From: a virus | DNA: 64,000 nt | Reading direction: 5' to 3' (one strand) | Virus record (IMG/VR): IMGVR_UViG_3300025865_000006 | Span: 32,001-96,000 of that record | In this document: positions 39,658 to 50,764 of the stretch, piece after piece | Layout: each line of letters begins with the position of its first letter | Position numbering within the stretch: the stretch's first letter is position 1 | Translations under genes and position numbers: made by a program | Notes under the pieces: model-generated | Databases searched by the model: none | What the model was told of the DNA's origin: nothing | The model's input: the letters and a program-made list of their open reading frames with translations, nothing else

Positions 39658-40195
39658 GCCAATTGATAACAAATTTTGGGTATCGGGTGGATGGGAGAAT
39701 ATTGAACGAGATATCAAATGGCTGAAAGAGCACAATATTCGGGCAGTTCTTGATCTACAATATACTCTAGATGACAATCCCAATCTTCCTGCCTTTGTCA
39801 AGAACCGTCTTGCTGATGAGAATATTGAATATCATTCTATCCTTATGTGGGATGGGGAATGGAACAATAGCCTACATGCTATCTTTCTTGAGGGTGAGAA
39901 TAAACTAGAACTATGGGATAGTTCATTCACTGGTAAGAGGGATAAGATTCTTGTAAAGTGTGCAGCCGGTATTAGCCGTTCAGTTTCTCAGTATCTCAAC
40001 TATATCTGCTTCCGAGATAGGACTTCCTTCGCAGAAGCATTGGCTGACTTTAATCGCGCAGAATATAAGTGGGCTAGTATGTATGCAGAAACAAATTTCT
40101 GGCCCGGCAGTCCTGATTGGTGTTTCCGTAGCTTGCTATCTAGAAAATATTCTAGAAATGGTTCAGTATTTGGAGAAATAGTCCGCGATGGATAA
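39644..40195 (+). CDS. Dual-specificity / tyrosine protein phosphatase
   Basis: HNIRAVLDL; catalytic CX5R loop ILVKCAAGISRS. Confidence 0.88.
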   Translation: MLNARPIDNKFWVSGGWENIERDIKWLKEHNIRAVLDLQYTLDDNPNLPAFVKNRLADENIEYHSILMWDGEWNNSLHAIFLEGENKLELWDSSFTGKRDKILVKCAAGISRSVSQYLNYICFRDRTSFAEALADFNRAEYKWASMYAETNFWPGSPDWCFRSLLSRKYSRNGSVFGEIVRDG

Positions 40196-40654
40196 AATTG
40201 ATGAGCTAACAATCAAGAATTTTTTGGGGGAGCTTTTATCGGCATATGATTTTGGGGAGTCTGCGGATGAAGTTATGAGCGTTGTCTTTGAGTTCAAGAA
40301 TGATCTTGAACTAGTACTGATCAATCTAACGTTGGGCGATAAGGAGAATTAAATGCCTGATAACGTCGATATTACTCCTAGTCTCAATTCCTATACTCCA
40401 AGTATGGTGAAATTGAAGAATTACTTGGAGTGGGTGTTGTCTAAAGCAAACGATGAGACTTTAAGTGGTGACCTATTCAAGAAATTGGTTGCTGGTAAGA
40501 CAGATTATTTCAAGCGAGAAATGTCTATCGTTTTGGCGCAGGACATTCTTTATAAGGCAGGAGTGAAGTATAAGCCAGAGAGTTTCCGATAGCAGCCTGT
40601 TACCTATTCCTGGCATAGATTAAATCTATATCAATATAAGAGAGGAACATTTCA

Positions 40655-41410
40655 ATGGGTTTGGACGTGTATCTGGAACGGTGTGATAACTGGTCCGATA
40701 AAATTCAACGGGAAAAAGAATTTAATGATCAGGTAGAGGATCAGGCAATTGTGTGGGATAGTCCTGCTTATCGTAATTTGAGCGATAGGATGGGCCTTGT
40801 GGATGGGCACTTTCCTACCGAAAGTATTTCGCTCAATTCCAACGTTGATCCCGAGCATCTTATGAAGGTCGGATATTTTCGTAGTTCCTATAATGGATCA
40901 GGACTCAATAGCGTTTTGCGTGGTCGCATTGGGAAGGATTTGTACTACATCTTTTCCGAGGCTGAAAACTATCAATTTGTCCCTAACTGGGCAGTTGCAC
41001 TTGTAAGGTGCAATGAAGTTATCGAAGAGTTTGCTGAAAATCTCAAAACTACTGCTCAGTATTCAGTAATTGATGTTGGTCCTAATGTCTTTAGGACACC
41101 AGAAGTTCTTTCTGATAAGGAAGCGCTGGAAGCATTTCTAGAGGAAATCGGTCGAGAGAAGAAGTACGCATTTGACGGCTCTTATTCTAATGCTGTTGGG
41201 CATTTCTTTCCTAAGGGATTGAATATCAAGGCAGCAATTGAGGGTTTGGGCGTATTCGGAAAGCCTGTGATTTATCTTGTGTATGAGAATACCCAAGAAA
41301 CAGCAGACTGGAAGTGGTATACTGATGCCCTTCTGATTGTCAGAGAGACTATTCTCTACGTGCTAGAGCAGAGTGATCCGTCTGAATACGGATTGGTTTG
41401 GAGTTCATAA
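40655..41410 (+). CDS. Hypothetical phage protein (MGLD... family)
   Basis: MGLDVYL...VGYFR...W.S termini are typical of a common phage family; RBS AGAGG. Confidence 0.65.
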   Translation: MGLDVYLERCDNWSDKIQREKEFNDQVEDQAIVWDSPAYRNLSDRMGLVDGHFPTESISLNSNVDPEHLMKVGYFRSSYNGSGLNSVLRGRIGKDLYYIFSEAENYQFVPNWAVALVRCNEVIEEFAENLKTTAQYSVIDVGPNVFRTPEVLSDKEALEAFLEEIGREKKYAFDGSYSNAVGHFFPKGLNIKAAIEGLGVFGKPVIYLVYENTQETADWKWYTDALLIVRETILYVLEQSDPSEYGLVWSS

Positions 41411-42477
41411 TGAGTACGCATAGTGATATCGCTAAAGCATTCGTAACACCTTACCATTGGAGGCAGGGGCCAAAGAGCGGACACAATGTATTCCGTGAGC
41501 CTTGGGATAACAGTTACAATTCTCAGGCTGGATCGGGAGATATCATCTATTCTTATGGTCGCCACTTTCCAGTGGCGGTTCGTAACGATAATGATAAGAC
41601 ATTCCTTGTCAATGGTGATAGATGGGGTCATTCTACTGCTGGCCACCAAAGTCAAGTTCGTGGAGCTATTGCTAGTCGAAATAGCTTTAAAGATTATAAG
41701 GTTCTGACAGTCCCATTCTCTATCTTTCGACGGGCATATAGTGTTTCTGATCTTACTCGATTGCATGTGTCTGTAATCGATGTTGGTGTGGACAAGGAAA
41801 TCTGCAAGTGCATTACTTGTGATACAGACTTCACTAATTACACTGCTCTTTATGAGCATCGTAATGCTACGAATAGGGACGCTGAAAATAATTGGACTCA
41901 GCCCCATAAGACTAGGTATTTCCACCAGTTGGCTCCCTCTACATTTAGTGTGAAGATGCAGGATAATAGTACTCCTAGGTATTTCATTAGTGGTTTCGAT
42001 GAGACTGCTAATCAGCGCAATCACGATGGATATTTCCTTAGTGAGTTGCCAGCAAAGCCTAGGGATATTGCCCACGCATTTGAGATGCTTCGTCCTACAC
42101 AGGTAAAGATTGCGGATAAGATTGAGACAAAGGTTCTCCGTCAGGGAGATATCTTTGCAATCCCATCTAAGTTGACTACTCGCTTCCTAAAGAAGCATGG
42201 TGCTGATTATCAGAAGGGTGGTCTAATCGATAAGTATGTTTGGGGTACAGCAATCAAGGTGCTTGATTATCCTCGATTGTTTGGTACTAGCCATGTGGCT
42301 AATGAAACCATTACTTATCGTGGAATGCTTTTTGCTCGTGGTACGCTTCGGCATCGGCCTACTGAATTTGGTAGGACATTGCCCGAGCATATGAATGTCA
42401 CAATTGGTAAGGATTGGCATCGCATTGTTCGCAATACTGCTTTGGCATCCTATACTACTGGCGGAAGGGTTGACTGA
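41410..42477 (+). CDS. Hypothetical protein
   Basis: 355 aa; IYSYGRHF and LRQGDIFAIP motifs; ends in VD. Confidence 0.7.
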   Translation: MSTHSDIAKAFVTPYHWRQGPKSGHNVFREPWDNSYNSQAGSGDIIYSYGRHFPVAVRNDNDKTFLVNGDRWGHSTAGHQSQVRGAIASRNSFKDYKVLTVPFSIFRRAYSVSDLTRLHVSVIDVGVDKEICKCITCDTDFTNYTALYEHRNATNRDAENNWTQPHKTRYFHQLAPSTFSVKMQDNSTPRYFISGFDETANQRNHDGYFLSELPAKPRDIAHAFEMLRPTQVKIADKIETKVLRQGDIFAIPSKLTTRFLKKHGADYQKGGLIDKYVWGTAIKVLDYPRLFGTSHVANETITYRGMLFARGTLRHRPTEFGRTLPEHMNVTIGKDWHRIVRNTALASYTTGGRVD

Positions 42478-43253
42478 TGGAGCTAATCTTTGTGGGCGAG
42501 GAATTCTATTCACGCTCATCTACAATGATGAGCAGCCTATATACAACCGATTTCCAGAGGTATGACTGGGGATTTGTGCAGCGTGATCTGCGTAATGGTA
42601 TGGAGATTCATATTCGTCCTGCTTATAAGGGCGAATATGATGCTCTAAAGAAAGAACTTGATAGGCGGATCGATGAGTCTGCTTCCGCCAAGAATTGGTC
42701 CGGCCATCCTTGGGTATATGGACTAGGCAATCTTGAAAAGGATGGAGAAGGGTATAAGGATACCCGAGGTAATCACTATACCTATCTAGAGCTAGAGGAA
42801 GCGGTTAGAAAAGCTAAGGATTTCTAAATGACTGTAAGCATCGTACTTAGTGTTGATCGTAGTCTATTGCTTGATATCATTGTTGATGGCATGGATTATG
42901 TTTGTAGGGGGTATTGGGGGCAAATCGAAGATTATAAATGGGAGTGGTGGTATACTGCTGATAAGGTTGGCGATCCAACAGGTACAATCAATCCTGATAT
43001 CACCGACGATACTGTACTTTGTCGCATTCGAGATGATGATGACGGCATGGCAGAAGAGGAAGATCGGCCATTTGTTGATATTACTCTCGCTAAATTGGAA
43101 CAAGCATTTGGCTGGACACTACAGTATTTCCCGCATACCGTTGTTCCTTTTGAGACTAATAGTAGTGGCACAATCATTGATTGTAATCAAGATGCTGAAA
43201 CTCAGGATATCATGATCCAGTACATTTGCTTTGGAGAGGTTATCTACGGATGA
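42477..43253 (+). other. Two hypothetical CDSs (42477-42827, 42828-43253)
   Basis: Coupled start/stop codons. Confidence 0.6.
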
Positions 43254-43951
43254 AAGAATACGCACATATTGATTCTGTATATAAGCGGGATCAAAAGGGT
43301 AAGTTTATCCTTGGTGAATACTCTACTCCTGAATTTAAATATCTAAAAGATAATCCTTGGGCTTGGACTGAGAAGATTGATGGTACAAATATTCGTATCA
43401 TGTGGGATGGTGCAGATGTACGTTATGGTGGAAAGACTGATAACGCACAACTTCCATCTAAGCTTGTCAATTGGTTGAATACCCAAACTATTAGAGAAAA
43501 CTATGATGGGGACGATACCGAAGGGGATCTGGCCTTCAATCCTTACACTTTCAATAGATTGTTTGGGGGCGAAGGAAATGTCTGTCTTTATGGAGAAGGC
43601 TATGGTGCTGGTATTCAGAAGGGTGGTGGACTCTATTCCCCCGAGCAGAAGTTTATTCTCTTTGATGTAAAGGTTGGTCCTTGGTGGCTTTCTCGATTCG
43701 GAATTGAAGATGTTGCAAAGAAACTCAATCTCGATGTTGTGCCAATTGTTGGAACACAAACTCTTGAAGAGATGATTGCATTTGTTGGTGATTATCGAAC
43801 TCCCGAGGGAGAGCGCCACCTAACAGAAATTCCCCAATCTGCAATTGGTACCGCTAAGATGGAGGGATATGTTGGCCAACCAGTAATTCCCTTGTTTGAT
43901 CGTAGAGGACGACGTATCATTACAAAAGTCAAATACAAGGATTTCGCATGA
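43250..43951 (+). CDS. RNA ligase (Rnl2-like nucleotidyltransferase)
   Basis: Motif I TEKIDGTN; LYGEGYG; FILFDV; EGYV; ITKVK. Confidence 0.85.
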   Translation: MKEYAHIDSVYKRDQKGKFILGEYSTPEFKYLKDNPWAWTEKIDGTNIRIMWDGADVRYGGKTDNAQLPSKLVNWLNTQTIRENYDGDDTEGDLAFNPYTFNRLFGGEGNVCLYGEGYGAGIQKGGGLYSPEQKFILFDVKVGPWWLSRFGIEDVAKKLNLDVVPIVGTQTLEEMIAFVGDYRTPEGERHLTEIPQSAIGTAKMEGYVGQPVIPLFDRRGRRIITKVKYKDFA

Positions 43952-44078
43952 TTGAAATCCTTCTTGGCATTAGTTTGGGTATCAATGTAATCCTATTCTT
44001 GAGACTTAGAGTTGCCTCAACCATGAAGAAGAATGAGGATAATATAGTTGATTACCTTCTACAGAAAGCCGCAGAGCG

Positions 44079-44735
44079 ATGAGTACTAATATCTTGCAGT
44101 TTGCCCCAATCTTTAGGGCAGCTAATATTCGTCTTGATCTTGACTCTTATAATCTCGATCTAAGGGTTGTTGATAGTCCCAAAAGTATTGAAGATATAGT
44201 TGATAAGGCAGTCAAAGAGATTGCTCTGTATGAGTTTAGTGCAACTTATACAGATGTGCTTGCTGCGCTTGCTTGTATTGAGTCTATCGATAATGAGCCA
44301 ATCAGCATTACAGATAGAGCAAGGAAAACCTTGCTTACATCTGTCGGGATTATGGATAAAGGTAAATTCATTAGTCAAACTCTGGCTACACTCAAAGTGA
44401 ATAGGAGTTGGCATCTAAGTCCTACTCCTAACGCCTGTGATTATTTCGGAGATATGTGTACCAATCGAGGTATTGAAAATGTTCCGGGTAAGCGCGGGCG
44501 CAAGTCATATCGTGATCCCGAGGAATATCATTCTATCAATAATAAGGATGAGGGTAGTCGTGAGCAATTGGTCACTCCTGCTCTTGAAGATTTGTATCGA
44601 TCAATCCCTGCAAGTAACCTAATCTCTAAGACCAAGAGTAGTCCTATCATTGATGTTAGTCGTATGACACCAGATGAATTGCGTGAGATGGCTAAGAGAT
44701 TAGAGTCCCTAATGGGAGCAACTAGTAATGTATGA
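44079..44735 (+). CDS. Hypothetical protein
   Basis: 218-aa ORF with a KRGRK patch. Confidence 0.6.
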   Translation: MSTNILQFAPIFRAANIRLDLDSYNLDLRVVDSPKSIEDIVDKAVKEIALYEFSATYTDVLAALACIESIDNEPISITDRARKTLLTSVGIMDKGKFISQTLATLKVNRSWHLSPTPNACDYFGDMCTNRGIENVPGKRGRKSYRDPEEYHSINNKDEGSREQLVTPALEDLYRSIPASNLISKTKSSPIIDVSRMTPDELREMAKRLESLMGATSNV

Positions 44736-44980
44736 CAGGAAATATGAGGCTCTAGAAGAACTTCTTATTTGGGTAACAGATGAAATCAAAGAAAGTGGCG
44801 GATGTGATCATGATGTGGGTATCTGTTTCTGTGGTGTTACCTCTAACGTCGTACTAGGATATGTCATTCTACATTCTAATGATCCATCCAAGCATAATTG
44901 GATCGGTGATTTTGAGTGGGACGATAGAGGTAACATAAAGAAGATTTATCGTTGCGATAAATGCTACGAGGATAAGAACT

Positions 44981-45469
44981 ATGTCAAAGCTGACCCGAGT
45001 AAGTGATAATATTCTTGCCAAGTGTCCTAAGTGTGATCATAGTTTCAATGTCTATGAGTCTAACTTTTCTACAATAGTTAGGACACCGCGAGATATTTAT
45101 AATGCATTTATGTATCTAGCTCCACTAGATCATGAGGAATTGCATATTGCAGTGATGAATACTAAGAATAAAATTCTTAGTAGGCATCTGATTTATCAGG
45201 GTAATATATCTGCATCTCTTGTTAGAGTTGCAGAGGTTCTTCGTGAACCTGTACGTGAAAATGCATCTGGTTTTGTATTGGTGCATAATCATCCATCCGG
45301 TGATCCTACTCCATCTCCCGATGATCTACATCTAACTGCCGAGGTATTGGCAGCAGCCCGTATCTTTGATATTGATCTTCTCGATCATGTCATTGTTGCG
45401 GGTACTGAATATGTATCTCTACGTGATCGTGGAGTTTGTTTCGATAGGAAAATTCCAGGGGTTGCATAA
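44981..45469 (+). CDS. radC: RadC-like JAB-domain protein
   Basis: EELH...VHNHPSGDPTPSPDD...LLDHVIV; lacks the N-terminal HhH region. Confidence 0.9.
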   Translation: MSKLTRVSDNILAKCPKCDHSFNVYESNFSTIVRTPRDIYNAFMYLAPLDHEELHIAVMNTKNKILSRHLIYQGNISASLVRVAEVLREPVRENASGFVLVHNHPSGDPTPSPDDLHLTAEVLAAARIFDIDLLDHVIVAGTEYVSLRDRGVCFDRKIPGVA

Positions 45470-45560
45470 TGAGTACTCTATTTGATTTGGTCTATCGATA
45501 CCGCTATTGGCATCAGCTAAAGCGCAATCGTAATTGGCAGCTAAAGCACAGGGGTTGGTA

Positions 45561-48347
45561 ATGGAGATAACTTGTAAAGTTTGTGGTGAGGCTGCTAATA
45601 CTGTTCCATATAGCATGGCAGGAGAGTATCATAAGTACGGTCCATTAGCCCATGATTTTCAACCTAAGTATCCACCATACTATATGGAAGAGTATATTAG
45701 CATTTGTCCCGCTTGTGGCAATCCTATTGATTACTGTCAGGGTCATGGAGAGTATGGTGATCCGAATGGTAATGATATTCTAAATATGCATGATAACGAC
45801 GATCATTCTGAATGTCATGAGAATTCAGATTGTAGTCCTTATTATATTGAACCTGTAAAAAACGAGGAAGATTAAATGGGCTATTACACTTCATTTACAA
45901 TGTCGGTTGATAAGAACGAGGAAGCAGTCGCAAAGTATATTGATGACGCGGATGATAGAAATCTTCACTATGTTTTCCAAGATGTTGGGGACAACGATTG
46001 GTACGGTAATTCCAAGTGGTATGATCATGATGAAGATATGCGTGCTCTCTCTGCTGTATTTCCTGATGTGCTTTTCACTCTAACTGGTGAAGGAGAAGAG
46101 GCAGGGGATATTTGGCGCAAATGGTATCGTGAAGGTAAGCGTATTGATGCTTGGAAAGCTGATGTACAAATTCCTGAACACCCATTTAGTACAACACATT
46201 TGGAAGATTGATAAGGGATTATAATAATTATGAATGGACTGCGTGCATATAAGGTAATTCGGTCCTATTTCGATAGGCCCGGATATCATAGAACAATCAT
46301 TGAACGCTGTACACTAAAAGAAGCACAAGACCATTGTAGTGATCCTGAAACAAGTAGTTCTACTTGCACCAATAAAGCAGGTAAGGCTAGGACTCGCAGA
46401 ATGGGTATGTGGTTCGATGGGTACACAGAACGTTAGGAGAATGCTGATGAATGAATTTGAACATCCAAATCTTGGGAACCATGCAATCGGTTACGATGCA
46501 CCACTTTGGCCATTGGGCCTTGTTGTGATTGCTATGTGCCTATTGCTAATCGTTGCTATTGCACAAGGATTAGGCTGATATGGATGAATTTCTTATTCAG
46601 ATAGGGCGCTATAAAAGCGCATACAAAACTAGGTATAAGTGTGCTAATCTAATACAAGCATCTCTCTGGTACCGAGCAATCAATATTGGTAATGGATATA
46701 AGAAACGTCTTATCATGAATGGTAAAGTAAAGATCAGGGAATTTAGCTAATGTCTAAGATAGCTGATAGGTTCTTTAGGTTTGCTGCTGTTGTAGGATGT
46801 ATTCTACTGGGTACAGATTCACTATTCAGATGTGCAAACGATACAACACCATTTACTGTAGTGGGTGACTTCATTATAGTATTGTGGGCCTTTGGCTTGG
46901 CATATTGGTGGATGTTTAATGCAAAGCAGGATTATAGTGGATGATCCAATTGCCCCTATTCGTGGTATCTATCATGGATTACTGTTGGGCTGTTCCTTCT
47001 GGTATGTATTAGGTCTTATTGTTTTATGGGTGGTAACTAAATGAAACTTATTCGTTGGCTACTATATAAATTCGGGCGCATGAATGACTGTCAGTATCTC
47101 CATCCTAATGAAACCCATCATAGATGGGAAAAGAGACAGATCGACTTAATGATTGGGTGTATTGATAATGACCTTTCCTAGAATTTCAGCGAGTATTACA
47201 TTTGCATTTGATCTTGATGAAGAGGGCCTATTTTATCTGCGGCCCGACTGGTTTGATGAAAATGGAGAATTTATTGCTACGATTGGTACGGTTTTACATT
47301 GGATTAATTTTAGTGGGGGCAAAGATATACTGACTGGGTACTTTGGTGATGATGTAGAAGCTCTAGTTCAGCAGGGTGATCAGTATGCGATGGATTGGGT
47401 AATTGAGGTTGAGAAATGATTGATCTTAGAACCTCGCTTTACTATCATCTACATAGTAATCATTTCCCGCCTATTGATCCTGTATTCATTGATACAGCAA
47501 TTTGGGCAATTGGTAAGGTCAATGATTGGGAGGGTGGTTCCACAATAGTCATGCCTAATGGGATTGAGAAATCGGCGTGGGATATTGTGGGTGAATTACA
47601 CCTAAGTTTTTATATTGGTAGTTATGATGATGAGGATACTAGTTTCTATGATGAGGAACCAGAAGTACCGTCAGGTGGGCCATTCTAATGTATAAAGCAA
47701 TTCTCTTCTCAGTTGACGGCGAAGATTTTGTTATCGATTATCGAAACAAGAAAACAATCAATGAAGTAGAAGAACTACTTGCTAATCAGGGTAGCCGATG
47801 GTTCTTCTATCCTTGGGAATTTGTGATTACAGATAACCATAAATATTTTGGAGCGGTTCCTAAACAGAGAATTGTATCTGTTCCAATGTGGCCAGAGGAA
47901 TTGCAAGACTTAAAGGGTAAGACTATTAGAACAGTAAAGAAGTATCTCAAAGAGAATGGTGTACCATTGGCGGTGGCAATCTCATGATTCATAAATTCAA
48001 GCCTAAGCCCGGATATATGGTTAGTGGGCCATGTGCTAAGTGCGGAAATACAAATACAAATGAGGCCCAACATGGGCACTCATGTACGGGTAAGATTATA
48101 TCACCAATGGGAACCGAAGCATATTGTTATGAGTGTTTCACAAGATATGAACGGTCTGATATTCCAGCATTTGTGAAAGCGAGATAAGATGAAGCGTTTA
48201 GTTAGATGGTTCAAATTCAAAATTGGGCACATTGATTGGTGTGAGTATACTCATCCTAATGATACTCATTGGGGGTGGGAGCAAAAGGTTATTGCTAAAG
48301 ACCCCTATGCTCTAGAGAAATTCTATGGAGTGAAGAAAAAGAGTTGA
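45561..48347 (+). other. Run of small hypothetical CDSs (e.g. 45876-46211, 46230-46436, 46750-46944, 47041-47181, 47416-47688, 47688-47987, 47984-48187, 48189-48347)
   Basis: Tight packing; 47041 and 48189 are unlisted paralogues. Confidence 0.6.
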
Positions 48348-48373
48348 ACTTCGGGGGCAAGAAGGGCTATAAT
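48344..48373 (+). promoter_or_regulatory. Promoter TTGAAC-N18-TATAAT
   Basis: Consensus -10; TTGAACTTCG motif. Confidence 0.65.
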
Positions 48374-48411
48374 AGTCCATAAGCTATAGAACCAGAAGAA
48401 AGGAAAGGCAG

Positions 48412-48903
48412 ATGACAACTAAGAAAGTTGAACCGATTACCTTTGCGCTCAAAGGTGTAACAACTAGTGCCACAGGTAGATACGGATTCTACTCAGGCTA
48501 CAGCTATGACCAATTGATTGCTCATCGTAGAACTAAGTGGTCACGTAAATATCTATCTCTTCGTATGTGTGAACGAGGATGGCATGTTGTGCTTCCTCAG
48601 AGTTTTTCCGAATATGGCCCTTCTATCCACGGCTTCATCAATGGCTATCTTAGAGCAGATCAGATTTGGCTTGTTGCTGTAAGGGGTAATCAACGTATCG
48701 ATAGCCATAAAGCAGTATTCGGTCAGATGAAGTTTCTTAGTCTTATTAGTAAAGCTAAGCGCTACTCACTATATGCAAGAAAAGGCGACCTGCAACCTGA
48801 TAAGTTGCATAAACTGTTTGACGAAGCAGTAGCCAAAGTCAAAGCTAATCCCAAGTATTACGGAATTGAAGAGGGCTGTTGGAATGCTAAAGACAACGTA
48901 TAA
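48412..48903 (+). CDS. Hypothetical phage protein (paralogue of 25961)
   Basis: LRMCERGWHV...WLVAVRG...KAVFGQMKF. Confidence 0.65.
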   Translation: MTTKKVEPITFALKGVTTSATGRYGFYSGYSYDQLIAHRRTKWSRKYLSLRMCERGWHVVLPQSFSEYGPSIHGFINGYLRADQIWLVAVRGNQRIDSHKAVFGQMKFLSLISKAKRYSLYARKGDLQPDKLHKLFDEAVAKVKANPKYYGIEEGCWNAKDNV

Positions 48904-49091
48904 GCTGATCTGCGATCATTGTGAGGATGAGATTATGATTGGTACAAAAACAATCACACTCATTGAGGGAACTTTTCTAGGCATCAATGCAACAACAAAT
49001 GATTCTGATGATATTAAGAATCGAAAAGATCGGCACTATCATCCTACCTGCTTTGATGAGTATTGTCAGTCGTAAGGGGGTGTAAATAATT

Positions 49092-49187
49092 ATGGGTCAT
49101 GATGGGTTTTATATTACTTTGAATGTTGTGCGCTGGTCTTTTTGGGTTAGCGTTATCGCTATTGCAATCCTTACAGTTACGAGTTAG
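49092..49187 (+). CDS. 31-aa membrane peptide (not in ORF track)
   Basis: MGHDGFYITLNVVRWSFWVSVIAIAILTVTS; paralogue at 50489. Confidence 0.7.
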   Translation: MGHDGFYITLNVVRWSFWVSVIAIAILTVTS

Positions 49188-49602
49188 AGATGAAACATAG
49201 ATTGATCAGTATCCACAAAGACGTGTCAACTCACGTAAATGTGGAATTCTGGATTACAACATTTATCTGTGAGTGTGGCTTCACAGGCTATGCTGAATCA
49301 GCATTTGATAGCCATATCCTAGAGATGGGTGTTGAGGATATTACTGATGCTATGATGAAAGCATTTTCAGAGTCTTTCAAGAAAGACGATTCCTGAAACA
49401 TTCAGAAAAGGGCGCATGGTAGTATCTCATTATAACGTATATACTGATACACTAAGTATAGATGCTAGACTAAAGACAATAGCTGGATATGTGACTATAC
49501 GGTAACATATCAGTAATTGCAAAGCAGTTGCGCAACCATAATAGTGTTACTAAATCAATTCTGTTACCTAGACCACAAATTAATTCAATGTATATCGCTA
49601 TT

Positions 49603-49643
49603 GCGGAGCTATTTATCATTTGATAAGTGGCTCCGCTTTTTTT
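49603..49643 (+). terminator. Intrinsic terminator
   Basis: GCGGAGCTATTTATCA-tt-TGATAAGTGGCTCCGC followed by T7. Confidence 0.9.
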
Positions 49644-49752
49644 CTATCTAAAATAGCTCTATTTTCATGCTATAATCCAGGTGTTTGAGTAGCGTACAAT
49701 ATACGTTCATTATCATTCACTATATGTTCATTATATAAATATCGATATCCAC

Positions 49753-49876
49753 ATTGATTTAGCCAATGGAGCATTGAGGGTACTCTGCTGTTACCTGGAA
49801 CAATCTATTATTATATCTATATAAAATAAAACATGCCTATCTCTATTGAATTAGCCAATGGAGCGTGGGAGGGTAC
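49753..49876 (+). repeat. Imperfect ~31-bp direct repeat ATTGAWTTAGCCAATGGAGC..GAGGGTAC x2
   Basis: Cores at 49759 and 49851; TTAGCCAAT recurs at 50841 and 51697. Confidence 0.8.
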
Positions 49877-49930
49877 GGGCGCGGCGCAGGGCGGAAAATA
49901 GCCAATTACACCTGGCATAAAACTATCTCC

Positions 49931-49959
49931 TTGACAACGAATTGTGGCGGGTGTAAACT
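49931..49959 (+). promoter_or_regulatory. Promoter TTGACA-N17-TAAACT
   Basis: Consensus -35; precedes the small-ORF unit at 49.98-50.7 kb. Confidence 0.65.
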
Positions 49960-50488
49960 TGAGAGAGGCACAGGAAATAGGATGACAGAAATAGCATCCA
50001 ATTACATAGATAAGGAAAACCACATGATGATTGCGGAAGCAATTATCAATCGCAGAAAGGAAATCAATCGAAATGGCTACTAAGCTGAATGACAAGCCAG
50101 TTCTAATCTATGGACCAAACGGTAAGCCACTCGTTTTCACCGAAAAGAGGACCATTGGCTTTGGAAAGCCAATCTCATCCCCCACGCAATGCGAAATTGA
50201 TATCGAACTTCAAGATCGTTTTGAGTTCGCTTTCCCCGATAGCAGAAAGGTCAACTAATCCAATGGCATATTGTGAGCGCACTCCTGAAGAAGTTCAATT
50301 TGGGCGCATGATCAATCGAAAGATTGAAGAATGCAAGTGTGCAATTGATAATTGCATTGGTGCTGCTCCAATCTACACTTTCGATAATCCTCTAAACAAG
50401 GAACGCATTCTGGACGAATTGTCATTCGCAAAGAGTTTGATCAATCAATTGATGAGTGAAATCTCAGAAAGCGAGAAGTAAAAACATC

Positions 50489-50581
50489 ATGGGTCACGAT
50501 GGTTTCTGGATTGCATTAGACATTGTGCGTTGGTCTTTCTTCGCCATTGTTATCATCATCTCAATTCATATCGCTTTCTAG
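50489..50581 (+). CDS. 30-aa membrane peptide (not in ORF track)
   Basis: MGHDGFWIALDIVRWSFFAIVIIISIHIAF; paralogue of 49092. Confidence 0.7.
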   Translation: MGHDGFWIALDIVRWSFFAIVIIISIHIAF

Positions 50582-50764
50582 AAATGAAAAACTATCTGTT
50601 TGAAACGCTACAGGGTTTGGGCATTGTATTAGGTTCTGTTCTGTTCTGTTGGATACTAGCATACGCTATCGCTATGCTAATGCTACAAATGGGAATTGTT
50701 ATACATTTGAATTAGAGTTACTATTCTGTTACCGTTACCTATAGATAAAAACATTTATATCTAT

